From: Tricharina praecox
Taxonomy: Eukaryota
Reading direction: 5' to 3'
DNA: 64,000 bases
NCBI RefSeq assembly: GCF_024521635.1
Contig: NW_026250403.1
Coordinates: 2,046,001 to 2,110,000 of the forward strand
Shown: piece after piece, positions 40,025-51,086 of the stretch
How the letters are laid out: each line of letters starts with the position of its first letter
How positions within the stretch are numbered: position 1 is the first letter of the stretch
Made by a program: the position numbers and the translations under genes
The notes under the pieces: model-generated
Databases searched by the model: none
Told to the model about the DNA's origin: nothing
Seen by the model: the letters and a program-made list of their open reading frames with translations, nothing else

Positions 40025-40717
40025 TCTCGCGTTAAATGTCGTGACGTGTGGTGCCTAGGATGGTGGGGCCGTTGTTGGTCATATATGCGGATCTTATCGC
40101 TTATCGGCGGGGTGCATTCTGATTCGCACCACACGCGATCTGCCCTGAGAAATGGAAGCTGTGGAATCTCGGGTGCAGCAGGGTCGCGAGAGAGGCCTGT
40201 TCTCGTTAATGTCGCTACAGACTGCCTGATCGGTCTCCCATTCGGCCAGAAGCCGACACAACTCAACGTAGCAGGTGTGAATGGCCGGTGCCGGCAATGG
40301 CCAGTCATGAGATATCACCAACTACTCGGTTCTCAATGGCAACTCCAAATGGTAATTTTAGCACGAATAGATCGAGTAGGGAGAGCCGGTGAATCAACAA
40401 GGCGATAAGAGACAAATAGTTGAGAGAGCCGCCTCTCCAGATAGTGGGCTGCTGTGTGAGCCCCGGGCCCTCAACGTACCCCGCAAAGGTGAGTATCGAT
40501 ATCATCTTTTATCATCTTTGCCAGCGATTCAAACAGCCCCGAAGCCATACATATATTTACCCACGATACTTCAGCTGCTGATATCCTTTCGGGGATACCA
40601 CTCTCGAGAGTGATCCATCGGCGGATGTGGAACCTGCCCACCGGGAGTGCCCTCGATAAGTCTACTCGGCCTCTTTCATCTTGCGCGGAAAGGCGCCGGG
40701 AGTCAATGGGATATTAG

Positions 40718-40797
40718 TTTGACGTCAAACATCAAACGTCAAACGTCAAACGTCAAACGTCAAACGTCAAACGTCAAACGTCAAACGTCAAACGTCA
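40718..40797 (+). repeat. (CGTCAAA)x10 heptamer array starting from a TTTGACGTCAAA palindrome
   Basis: Direct reading; one CATCAAA variant unit. Confidence 0.96.
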
Positions 40798-41047
40798 GCG
40801 CTCTCCTGATGATGTTGTGCGAGTTGAAAGTATTGTTTCGGGGGAGTTTCGCCATAGGATCTCACTCTTTACACCTCGAGGAGCAACTTGCTATGCATGT
40901 ATTGCATACCTGGTATGTATCAGGTCCGAAGGAAAATCTTCATCCCGAAAGGATTTCCGCCACTATAAAGGTTTATCACGACCGCCTTCTCATAGGCGGC
41001 ATCATCCGTCGGCCACAGGCAGGCAAGCAATCATACCAAGCAAGCAC

Positions 41048-41392
41048 ATGTCCAACATATCCCGACCCGACCCGGACATTACCCGCGACCGTATCCCAGC
41101 CATGCTCCTCGCGACACCCGTTCTCTTGCGCGCTGACTACCTCAACTACGAGTCATGGTGCGAATCTATCTGCGCACTACTAGGGCTCGCGCACATCGAC
41201 GATGTGCACAGCGCTTTCCGTGATGCCTCGCGGGAGACGTGGCGGAAGGTGTGGGATAGCCTTGAGCCGACGCTACAGAGGGAGCTCGAGGAGGACTTGG
41301 AGAGCGATATGCTGAGTCCTGGTGTCTCCGGACTCGTTTATTGGCTGCAGATGGGGATGACGCATGCGAGGAGGGGAAGGGCGTTTATGTAG
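41048..41392 (+). CDS. Small ORF (114 aa), possibly derived from the N-terminus of Ty1/copia Gag
   Basis: LRADYLNYESWCESICALLG resembles the L...NY..W motif of copia Gag N-termini, followed by a helical segment. No pol or LTR seen. Confidence 0.35.
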   Translation: MSNISRPDPDITRDRIPAMLLATPVLLRADYLNYESWCESICALLGLAHIDDVHSAFRDASRETWRKVWDSLEPTLQRELEEDLESDMLSPGVSGLVYWLQMGMTHARRGRAFM

Positions 41393-41987
41393 GGGTCTGG
41401 TGCAGTGAAGACATCCGTACATACGAATGGGTGTCTGTCTGTTGATCGTTGCTTGATCGAGCGGGGTTTTCCATACCCAAGAGGGGATAAAGGTGGTGCG
41501 AGTCTAGATAGCTCTGATGTATCGGGGAACAAATGCAAAGTCCATTCACCACACACACGTCCGAAGTCAAGTTCCCGTGTTTGGCGGCAGCAGGGCCGTC
41601 CAATCGCATCTCATGTTCTTGTCTCGCCTCAGATTGCTGACACGCGCCTGGTGGCTCTGACTCTTCGATCACTCGCACAGCCACGTCACTCGCCACAGTG
41701 ATTGTCTAGACTCTGTCACACGGGAGGAGGAGTATGTCGACAAAGATATTCGGCTTCCAGAAGAAGCCCAACTTCTAAGGCGGCTCTCGATGCGTGCGGC
41801 AAGAGATCGAACGCCACTGGTCCTGCGTGTGGCTTGTTGATCCTTGCAGACTTTTTCTCTTTCGTTTTTCGTTTCGACAGGGCAGGCGCAAGCAACAGCG
41901 TAATCTCTACTAGTACTTTGAACTCTCCTTCCCAGAAATGGAGTTTTCTGTGGGCGTGACGTGAAAAGTCCTGGCAGTAATGCCCCC

Positions 41988-42053
41988 ATGCGGCAATGCG
42001 GTAATGCGGCAATGCGGTAATGCGGCAATGCGGTAATGCGGTAAAATGCGGCG
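41988..42053 (+). repeat. Octamer array (ATGCGGYA)x7-8 with alternating C/T variants
   Basis: Direct reading. Confidence 0.95.
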
Positions 42054-43639
42054 TGCGGGGTTGTGTTTGAGGTTGTCCGAGTCCTTTTTCACCGGACGTT
42101 GAGACTTGAGAGGCCTGCTTACTTGGGTTTCGTCCTTAGCGATCCCACGCAGCTTCAGGAGAAGTCACAAAGGAGCATACCTTGAGTAAGTACATCACAT
42201 GTAGATAACTTTATGCACGCCAAATAGGAGTGCTCGCGACGAAACACACTTATGCAGATGAAACGAAACGAAACATTCGAAACGTGGAAGCAAGCCAGCG
42301 AGTAGTGCTCTGCGGCAGACGGGAGACAACAGTGCTAACTACTTGTCGTCCGCTGTCATAGGTAGCTGGACGATGCTGCATCGATATCGCATAATTACCG
42401 GTATGTAACTATCCTTGAGCCTTGAAGATTTCATTGAGTTTTGAGGACATCGCTTGAACCCTAGCCGGCCACTTGTTTAGTTAGAACTTAGCACGGCCTT
42501 TAAGGTTTCTGGGACCCGAGTGTCCCTGTCCTCGATGCGGCCTATCCATATTCGTGCTAGACAATGCTTACTCATCCACCCTTAGCTTGCGCGCTTTCCT
42601 TCCCGAAATACCTACTCCCACAACACCGAAGAACTGCGTTCGCGACCGCGGCCCACAGAGGAATCTTCACGCTCGACCAACTCGCAACTGTATCGATATC
42701 GCTTCCCCGTTACCTCGAGAGTTGGAGCCGCCGCCCACGCATGGACAACACTGCTGAAAGGCCGCTCGAGCGGCTCGGGGAGTGGGGAGTTGGTGGGGTC
42801 GGATGACAGAGCCTATCGATGATAACCACTCACCGAAGCCGACGTTTGGGTCTGGTTTCTCGCCCCCACTCTCGCCCATGCTGATTACTGGGTACTTAAC
42901 CTATCCGATGCAGGAATCGGGACTGTTTGTGGGCCTGGAACCCAAACAAGAGCAAATACAGGAGTGTTTGCCATGACCGCCGACCGGAATACCGGTACGG
43001 TACCTAGGTCGTAGCGCCAACCTCTTACTGCAGCCACAGTGGCGATTGGACTCGAGAGCCCATCACCCAATCCCCCTGCCAAGGACCTTATGAAGCGAAT
43101 CAATGATGACCTGCGTGAGGGGTAAGCGCTCTGCAACGTCGACCACAAGCCTCACGACGTTCAGGGTATTGAAACCACAATCGTTACAGCCTCCCAGCGA
43201 GGGCGTCCGCCATTGCTCTGCACGTCAAATCCCCTCTGAGGAATGCCCTTCGCAAGATCACCAAGGAAAAGCGGTCATGGCGATGCTTTTGCCAAAAATA
43301 TGCAGCTTTCGAAACCCCAACTGTGCCGCCCGTCTCCTAGGGGGATCTGGTCCAGTTGTTGTGAGTGCAGATCTGGAACCTCCTCGAGAACCAGTGACAG
43401 AGGGGCGGTGAGATCTCTTTTCTTCGTTAGAGTATATATTCCCCCATACCCAATCGTGTTTGGTTTCTCTTCTTTCATTCTCGTGCTGCATCGGATATCA
43501 GTTGGGTCTTTTCGCTTTCCTATCTTCTTTCCCTTTCGATTCTTTCGCTTTTTATTTCCTACTTTCACTCGACCGTCTAGAAGACGCATAATTTCTCCCA
43601 CTCCTTGAAGGCAGCGCATCTGTCATAGTCTACATCGCC

Positions 43640-45072
43640 ATGTTCTTCACACGCAGTATCCTCGCCACACCCCTTCTCCTCCTCCTCGCTGCCCGTGCCC
43701 TCGCTACAAATCACAAAGGCATTCCCCAAGTCTTCTCGACCGGCTTCGAGCCCGAATCAGGCCTACAGATCACCTATGAGTCTGTCGGTGAAGCCATAAC
43801 TGACGGCGACGACCTGACCGGTAAGGACCTCGAGAAGGTCCCCAAGTTCTCCCTCGGACAGTCTTCGGGTATCAACACGAATGCAAAGTTCATCATCGTC
43901 ATGGTCGATCCCGACGTCAACGGTGATCCCGAGAATGTTGTACCGCAGACCCTGCATTACATGCGTACAGACTTTGTCCCCACCGGACAGGCCGTCAGCG
44001 TTGAGTCAGACGTAGCGCCAGCGGTGACATATGCGGGACCCGCAGCTACGAACGGTGGAAACGAGGGGCCGCACCGATATGTTTTCCTGCTGTACAGACA
44101 GCCGAAGGAAGGGTTCGAGCTGAAGAGCGTGCCGGCGGACGGCGAGAGGGCAGGGTTCAACATCAAAGCTTGGAGGGAGGCGAATGGGTTGGAGCCGGCG
44201 ATCGCTGGTGTGCACTATCTCGCTACTCCACCGAACGCGGCGGCTGCACCACCTGCAGAAAGCACTACTTCGTGCACCACTACGGAGATGCCCGTCGAGA
44301 CTGCTCCTCCCGTCGAGACCACCGCTCCCCCGGCCGAGACCACTCCTCCGGCCGAGACCTCCCCCGTCGACAGTGTGCTGACGATCACCGACACCGTGAC
44401 CGTGACCGCCAGCGACTGCAACTGCGCCGCCCCGACCTCGAGCGACGGGCTCACGCTCACTGCCGCGCCCCCAGCCGAGACCGCCACGGCCACCGCAACA
44501 GAAACCAGCGCACCCGCCGCAGCCGTCACGCACAGTGTGATCGTCGGTGGTCCGGCCGGCCTCGTCTACACGCCCGAATTCGTCGAGGCGGCGGTAGGCG
44601 ACAAGGTGGTCTTCGAATTCCTTGCGCGCAACCACACGGTGACGCAGTCGACACTCGACGTACCGTGTGCCTTGAAGGCGGACGGTGTCAAGTCCGGGTT
44701 CCGATCCAACCCCGACAGCATCCCCGGAAAGGAGATATTTGAGGTCGTCGTTGATGATCTCGAGCCGAAGTGGTATTTCTGTGCTCAGGGTATGTTTCCC
44801 CCTTCCTTCCTTTATTCATGTTTTGTGATCAGAGCTGATGATGAATAGCAAACCACTGCGCAATGGGCATGGTTTTCGCCATCAACCCGAAGGAAAAGTT
44901 TCCGCAGTTCAAAGACAACGCCATGCGTGGCAGCAACGGCACCGTCGGCGGTGCGCCACCCAACAGCACCGTCCCCGCGCAGCCGATCTTTGAAGGTTCT
45001 GCCTCCGGCATCGGCGCAAAGCTCGGCTCGGTCTTTATGGGAGTCGCTGCTGTCATCGCCTTCGCAGCGTAA
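43640..45072 (+). CDS. Secreted, probably GPI-anchored PEBP-domain plus cupredoxin-domain fusion protein
   Basis: Signal peptide; PEBP motifs VMVDPD, LHY, GPHRYVFLLYRQP and RAGFN; Pro/Thr linker; cupredoxin HSVIVGG...GDKVVFEF...NHTVTQS...WYFCAQ|ANHCAMGMVFAIN across intron 44790-44848; hydrophobic C-terminal tail. Confidence 0.9.
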
Positions 45073-45927
45073 ACAAGAGACTCACGCCATCACGGCGACG
45101 ATTGTACGAGTATATTACATTTGAATGTGGCTAGGTATATCTATAGATGGGATGGACTTTGCTTTTCTCTTGGATACCGATTTCTTGTGTTTTCCTTATG
45201 TTGGTTTTTGGTGTTTTTTGTTTTATTTGTGTGTAGCTAGCTCTACCCCCCCCCCCCCCCCCCCCCCTCCAACCACCAGCTTGATATCTAATGACACCAA
45301 ATTTAACAACCCAACCGAGCGGATAAGCCTAAGTGCTGTCAGATCTTACACTTGTAGAACGAATGCGGAGGTGAGGTGACACAATACGAATGCGAAACCC
45401 GGTGAAACGTGCTTGAGCGCCTGCGTACATGGTTATTGGGGCACAGTTGTGTACCACAGAACCAGTAGATTGCCCAGTCTGTTTTTCCAGATCCTTGAAG
45501 GTAGGACAGCAGGAGGCATCGTGAAACAAGCATGTAAGCATGGCTTACATAGGCATGTATGTAGATGTCTACATATGACTCTATGCAGTTGGGTGGTACT
45601 CTGCATAGGAGAGGGGGGATTCGGCGAAAAGGGATTGCATGTGAGACTGAGCGGTGAGGGTGCGAGTCATGTTATGTCACTCGCAGGATGCCAAATTACA
45701 GATCATGCTCATGGACTTTTTGGCTCGTCCTATGTATATTGGCATAGTCTAGTTAGGCAACTTGGGCTGCGTAAATGATACAATCGATCAAGACGGAAAA
45801 ACGAACGTGTAAATAAACATAGATACTACTATATACCACAAAACGGATATCTACAATGTACAACCTCGGTTCTCTCCACCTCCCCCCCGCACGCTATATC
45901 TTACATCCCCGTCCCTCCTTCAAGTTT

Positions 45928-47221
45928 CTACTTCCAAGTCGGTGGCAGCGCCGGATTCGCGTTCTTGACCAACATCTCTACGAAATCGTTGTGCCAGGCG
46001 CCCGCCTCGGGGGAGGGAATGAACGAGTCGGGGTTCCTGCAGTTCTCATCGTACCTGACGGCGGTATCGTCGCTAGTCCCGTCGCTCTCGCCTCCAGGCT
46101 TGACCCACACGACTGAGTCGACGCTGCAGTCGCCCGTGTCCGTCGTCGGGCGGATGCCGAAGCCCGAGTCCTGGTGGTTGTTAGTCTGTGCAGGGAGGAG
46201 TGGTGGGGGTGGGGGAAAGGGGGGGAAGGGGACGTACAGCGATGTTGCACCAGTGCCCGCCCTGCGCGCGGATGTTCTGCTGGCCGCTGCGGCCCTGGTC
46301 AATGATGAAGTGGGCGGGCAGGCCCTCGGCCTCGAGGAACGGGGTCAGCGCCTTCGCGTACTTCAGCTCGCTCCAGTTGGGGTTGTCAGGGCCGGGGCCG
46401 TAGATGGGGTCTGGTGTGGTGGAGTTGTATCCGTTGTAGTTGGAGACGTTGGTTGCAAAGCCCCTGATCTTTGCCGGGTTCGCGGGATTGGTGACGTTGC
46501 CGTTGGCCATGCTGACGACTTCGGCCATCAGCTTGGCTGTGGGCTCGAGGTTTCCCGGCCAGCCCAGCCAGTTCGAGTGCGCCGCGTCGATGTACAGCGC
46601 CACGTTCGCGAACTTGCCCAGCTTGCTGACGGTGTAGGCGACGCCGCGGGTATACGCGTCCTTCGCGCCGGCGCACTTGGGCACGCTCAGATTCGTGACG
46701 GAGTTGCCGAGGGAGTCGGGCTCAACCACGACCGCAAAGTCCAGCTTGGACAGATACGGCTTCATGGTGGCGACGACCTTATCCACGAACTGGCGATACT
46801 TCGCCTCGCCGCCCTCTGCGAGGACAAGCTCGCCCGCAGACGACTTTGCGCTGCAGTCGCGGTCGGGCAGGTTGTACACGACGAGCGGAACGATCAACTT
46901 TTGGCCGTAGCCCAGCTTCTTCTGCGCCCGGACCGCCTCGTCGAAGTGCCCCTTCAGGTCGTCGATGGCCGCGAAGTCGTCGATCCAGATGAACGTCGAC
47001 GTCTTCTGCACGGTGCGCACGCGCGCCGCGTTGAGCTTGTCGCCCTTTGTGGTGAACGACGCCACAGTCGTCTCCAGCAGCGAGGCGTACCGCGAGTTTG
47101 CGTACTGCACCCGGTTCAGGAACGGGTTGGCGCTGTTGCAGCCGGAGGAGGCCGCGGGCGCCGGCGCGGCGGATGTGAATGCGGCGAGCGCGAGCGCTAG
47201 GAGGGGAAGGAACGACTGCAT
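45928..47221 (-). CDS. GH6 cellulase (cellobiohydrolase II-like) without CBM
   Basis: Signal peptide; VVYNLPDRDC, VEPDSLGN, YIDAAHSNWLGW, GFATNVSNYN, FIIDQGRSG, WCN and WVKPGGESDG. Intron 46237-46171. Confidence 0.96.
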
Positions 47222-47322
47222 CTTTGCGAAGAGAGAGGGAGGTGGTATTAATCGAGCTGTTGGAGCTGTTGCTGCTGCTGCTGCTGGGCCCGATCGATCT
47301 GGGGGGACCTGGAGGGGAGGCC

Positions 47323-47328
47323 TTTATA
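47323..47328 (-). promoter_or_regulatory. Candidate TATA box of the GH6 gene
   Basis: TATAAA on the minus strand about 100 bp upstream of ATG 47221. Confidence 0.5.
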
Positions 47329-48635
47329 CATACCGTCGACGATGCCAATCCATTCCAATCCGCAATCCGCAATCTCAGCTCCCTCGATCACGTCACCCAC
47401 CTGGAACTGCACATCTACCTATGTTTTTCCCCTCCCCTGGCCCCAATATCGACAGATCTACTCCAGAGTACTCTGGACGCAGGCGCGGCTCCCAAACCCA
47501 GGTTCCCAAGCCCAAGCCCAAGCCAATACGCCTACATTATGCATGCTAAGTAGCATCTAACGGCTCCCCATCCCGTCATGGCGGGGGGTTGGCATGGTTC
47601 CCACGGTACGGTATTCCGCGGGCCCGGTACGGCGGTTGAGCGGTTCCGCAGGCCAAATCTCGGCGTCCAGGTACCGGTTACACAGCTAGTTGTGGTTACT
47701 AGCAGTGTGGGGAAATAGGCGATATGTACCCCTGACCCGTCGACGGACGGACGTCGGGATTAGGCGTTTTCAAATTTAGTCTTCATTGGCAAGATATTGA
47801 TGGATGTTTGTATGGGTATATATGGGTGTGCAGGGCCGTGATACCGTGCCCAGAAATGCTAGTTAATGGCTGCGTATTGGAAGGGGGAGGTCGTTTTGGC
47901 ATGGCATGGCATGGCATGGCGGTTGGGTGTTTATATTCATGTAGAGTATGTACTCTGTGTGCTACCAGGAAGGGGTATAATTCTGAGAAGAAGATTTGTA
48001 CATACACGGCCAAAGGGGGCTCGGGGGGTGGATAGGTGGGGGCCGTCGTTGTGACGATGTCGTGGGGAAATCCGGGGAGCCGCCACGCTCCCCATTTTCT
48101 CCATTAACTCTAACTGCAGCGGTATTCCTCGCCGATTCCATGCAGATTCGTTCAAACTTCAATACACACTCGCAGAAGCTCATAGTTACAACTCCGTTCA
48201 AACTCCATCGTGAAAGACAAACAAACAAATTCTTCGTCCCCGACCAATTTCACCACCACCATCAAATTGTAAACCTACAGCTCTTGAAGATGCAGCGCCA
48301 GCCAGCTAAAAGCCATCAAAGAAAGAAAGACATCGGCAATAAGAAATCGCGCTTCACCGCAAAGCCAAAAAAACAGATAGAAAAAAAGAATAGGTAGCCA
48401 CAATAAAACCAGAAAGAAACCAACCAGAAAGAAAGAAAATCATCGACATGTCGTATCATATTGTATCGTGAAAGCAGTGGGGCCCGTAAAACATTGATGT
48501 GCACCGCGCGATGACCCGGTCCCAATCCACCATCAGTTATACCGCAGATACCTAGATCATAGATCATAGATATCCGGCGTCTCCATCTACCGGTATCTCC
48601 ACGAACCCACCCTCCTCCTCCGCAGTAGCGGAAAC

Positions 48636-49169
48636 CTAGGCATCAGAAGAAGAAGCAAAAAGCCCCCCATCACCCCCACCAAATAAGCCCATCAGCTCCC
48701 CCTCCATAGTATCGGCAAACACGACCTCGTGCAGCAACTCCACCGGCGCATCCGCCATCTCAGCCGGAGCCACGAGGGCCAGAAACGCAGCGTACGGATC
48801 CTGCAGCTCCTTCGCGGGCGTAGTCGGCGGTGTGAGGAGGCCGTTAGGCCTATCTGCCGTAGCGGTGGTCGTGGGCGGGAGCGGCGGTAGGCTTTCGGTA
48901 GTGGTGGTGCTAGTGCTAGAGGACATTTCGTGTGCGGTAAGGATCGGAGACGGGATGAACTTAATGGGAGTCTGGCGGCGTCGGCTGGCGATTGGAAGCA
49001 CGACCGGAAGCGCGGCGACCGGAATCGGGAGATGCCGTCGACGCTGCGAGAGCAGGCGGAACAAGGCGGAAATGCAAATTATTGCTGCCGGGAACAGTAG
49101 AAGCAGCACTACTGCAGGGCCAGAGACGTCCACGATTCCCCCAATAAAGTCCGTAATTCCTGGCCACAT
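48636..49169 (-). CDS. Hypothetical small single-pass membrane protein
   Basis: ATG-initiated 177-aa ORF with a hydrophobic helix followed by RRRH, then a Pro/Thr-rich region and an acidic tail. No homolog recognised. Confidence 0.45.
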   Translation of the reverse strand: MWPGITDFIGGIVDVSGPAVVLLLLFPAAIICISALFRLLSQRRRHLPIPVAALPVVLPIASRRRQTPIKFIPSPILTAHEMSSSTSTTTTESLPPLPPTTTATADRPNGLLTPPTTPAKELQDPYAAFLALVAPAEMADAPVELLHEVVFADTMEGELMGLFGGGDGGLFASSSDA

Positions 49170-51086
49170 TTGAAGTCACTCGCGCTGGGGCGTGTGAGGT
49201 GTGTGGCCGGGCGGATGGATGCTGTTGGAACTTGGTGTCGCGATGTTGGCTGTTGGTCGGTGCAGGCAATTTCAATGTGAAGGTCAATAGCAGTTCGGGT
49301 TTGCCGAGTGTTTTCCGGTGTCCGGTGTCGTGTGGAGTCCTAATGAGCCTTGGGGATGGACGGTGAGGGGGAGGGGGAGGGGATGGGGGAGGGGGAATGG
49401 ATTCGGGTTTGCCGAATGTTGTCCGGTGTTCGGTATCGAGTCGAGAACTAAGGAAGTTTACGGATGGATGGGGAGGCGGAGGGGGGGAGCGAGGGGAAGA
49501 GCGAGGGAGGGGGGGAAGGGAGAGAGCCGGTCTACACATATTAGCTCAGCCCTTTTCGCTGCGCACAGCACGCACAAAATATGGATCCGTACGGAACTCT
49601 ACTGACTATGAAATTCTACGAAACCACCACCGCTGGCGCAACATAGATGCGCCACGTGACTCGTGAATCAGAATTCCACAGCACAAGTTACAACGCAAGT
49701 AAGGCCTCATAAATTTGGAGAAACTTGAAGTGGCAAACTCGCGAGGGCCAGTTAGAGTTGTAGAAACGGAATGGGAAACGAGTTGGAAAAAGAGTTTTGT
49801 GGGTGGGGGTGGGGGGAGATGAGTGTTTACATTTATTCCGTTCCATTCCATGTGCACGGTGAGGGAGGGAGGGACAGTCATCGATGGTGCATGAGCGCGC
49901 TAACTACCATGAGCACGCTAATAGAAGGTGGCACGTGCTGTAGTACTCTACATACCATACGTACGTGACGAGGCTGTGCACTGTGTGAAAGGACGCGAAA
50001 GAGGACTGAGGAGCGCTGCGTGGGAATGCTCTGTTCTGTGCTCGAGAATTCAACTCGGCTGTGCGTGAAGACCACGGGAACAGGGGTGCTGGGGAATTCT
50101 CTTCTCCATGCTCTCTCTAGAATTCAGCGAGGCTGTGACTCACTGGCTCACTCTGCCGCAGCAGCTCCTTGTTTAAGGATCACTCGCCGCGCGCCGCACA
50201 GTATATCACTCGGCTTTGAGATGCCGATCCCGTGTCACTATGGTCGGGGAGGCGTAAAGCAGCGGCGCCACATCGTGCTGGCTGGTAGCGGGGTCTCAAC
50301 CTCCGGCCGGCCAGAGTGGGCAGGAAAGGAGTTCGACGGTTTGCCATAGTCTAAATAGGCTGCAGGCGAAATAAATTGAAGATAGATGCGCTTCAGGAGA
50401 GAACTGGGCGGAGCGTTGGGGAAGGATCCCATAGCGAGCATGTGGATAGCGATCGGCTAGGTTTTATATGTCACTGTCATGATCTACGGTATTAAGGCCG
50501 AATGCAATGGTGATAAAACGGAAATAAAAGGGTCGGGCGACGGGGAGGCCGAACTGCCAACGGGGCGCGAATAGTAATGCCATTTAGCCTGCATTGCGAT
50601 TGATGACTAAGCAAAAAACAAACATGCGTTCGGGAAAGGCACGAAGAGCTGCAGTAGGCGCGCACTCACCCGGGAATTGATGGCCGAACCTACCGTGTTT
50701 GGTCTCCGGCTGCGGCATGCATTCCCATGCGCCGTTAGCTAGATGGATACTGCTTTTTTCAATCCTCACGTGTATAGTAGCGGTATGCATATTCCAAACG
50801 TCTTCGTATCAGTATCAGGTATCCCTTTGTTTTCCATCATTAACTGTACATACAACGACCGTAGCCATCCACTACATCCCCACTACATCCATGATCCCAC
50901 TACATACATCCCCACATGCCCACATCCCATCATTCCGCACACCAACGGCCTCCAGATCCGCAGCCCGCTGATGATATCAGGCCTTCGCACCTCCAAGCAA
51001 CTGGCGTAAAAGTAAAATAAAAAAAGAAATATCCCAATCTCCTCCAACAAATGCGAGGAAAACCAGAAAAAGGTAAGAAAAATCAT

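Noticed and set aside
44006..44635. 209-aa minus-strand ORF
   Set aside because: Antisense shadow of the PEBP-cupredoxin gene.
45965..47200. 411-aa plus-strand ORF
   Set aside because: Antisense shadow of the GC3-rich GH6 gene.
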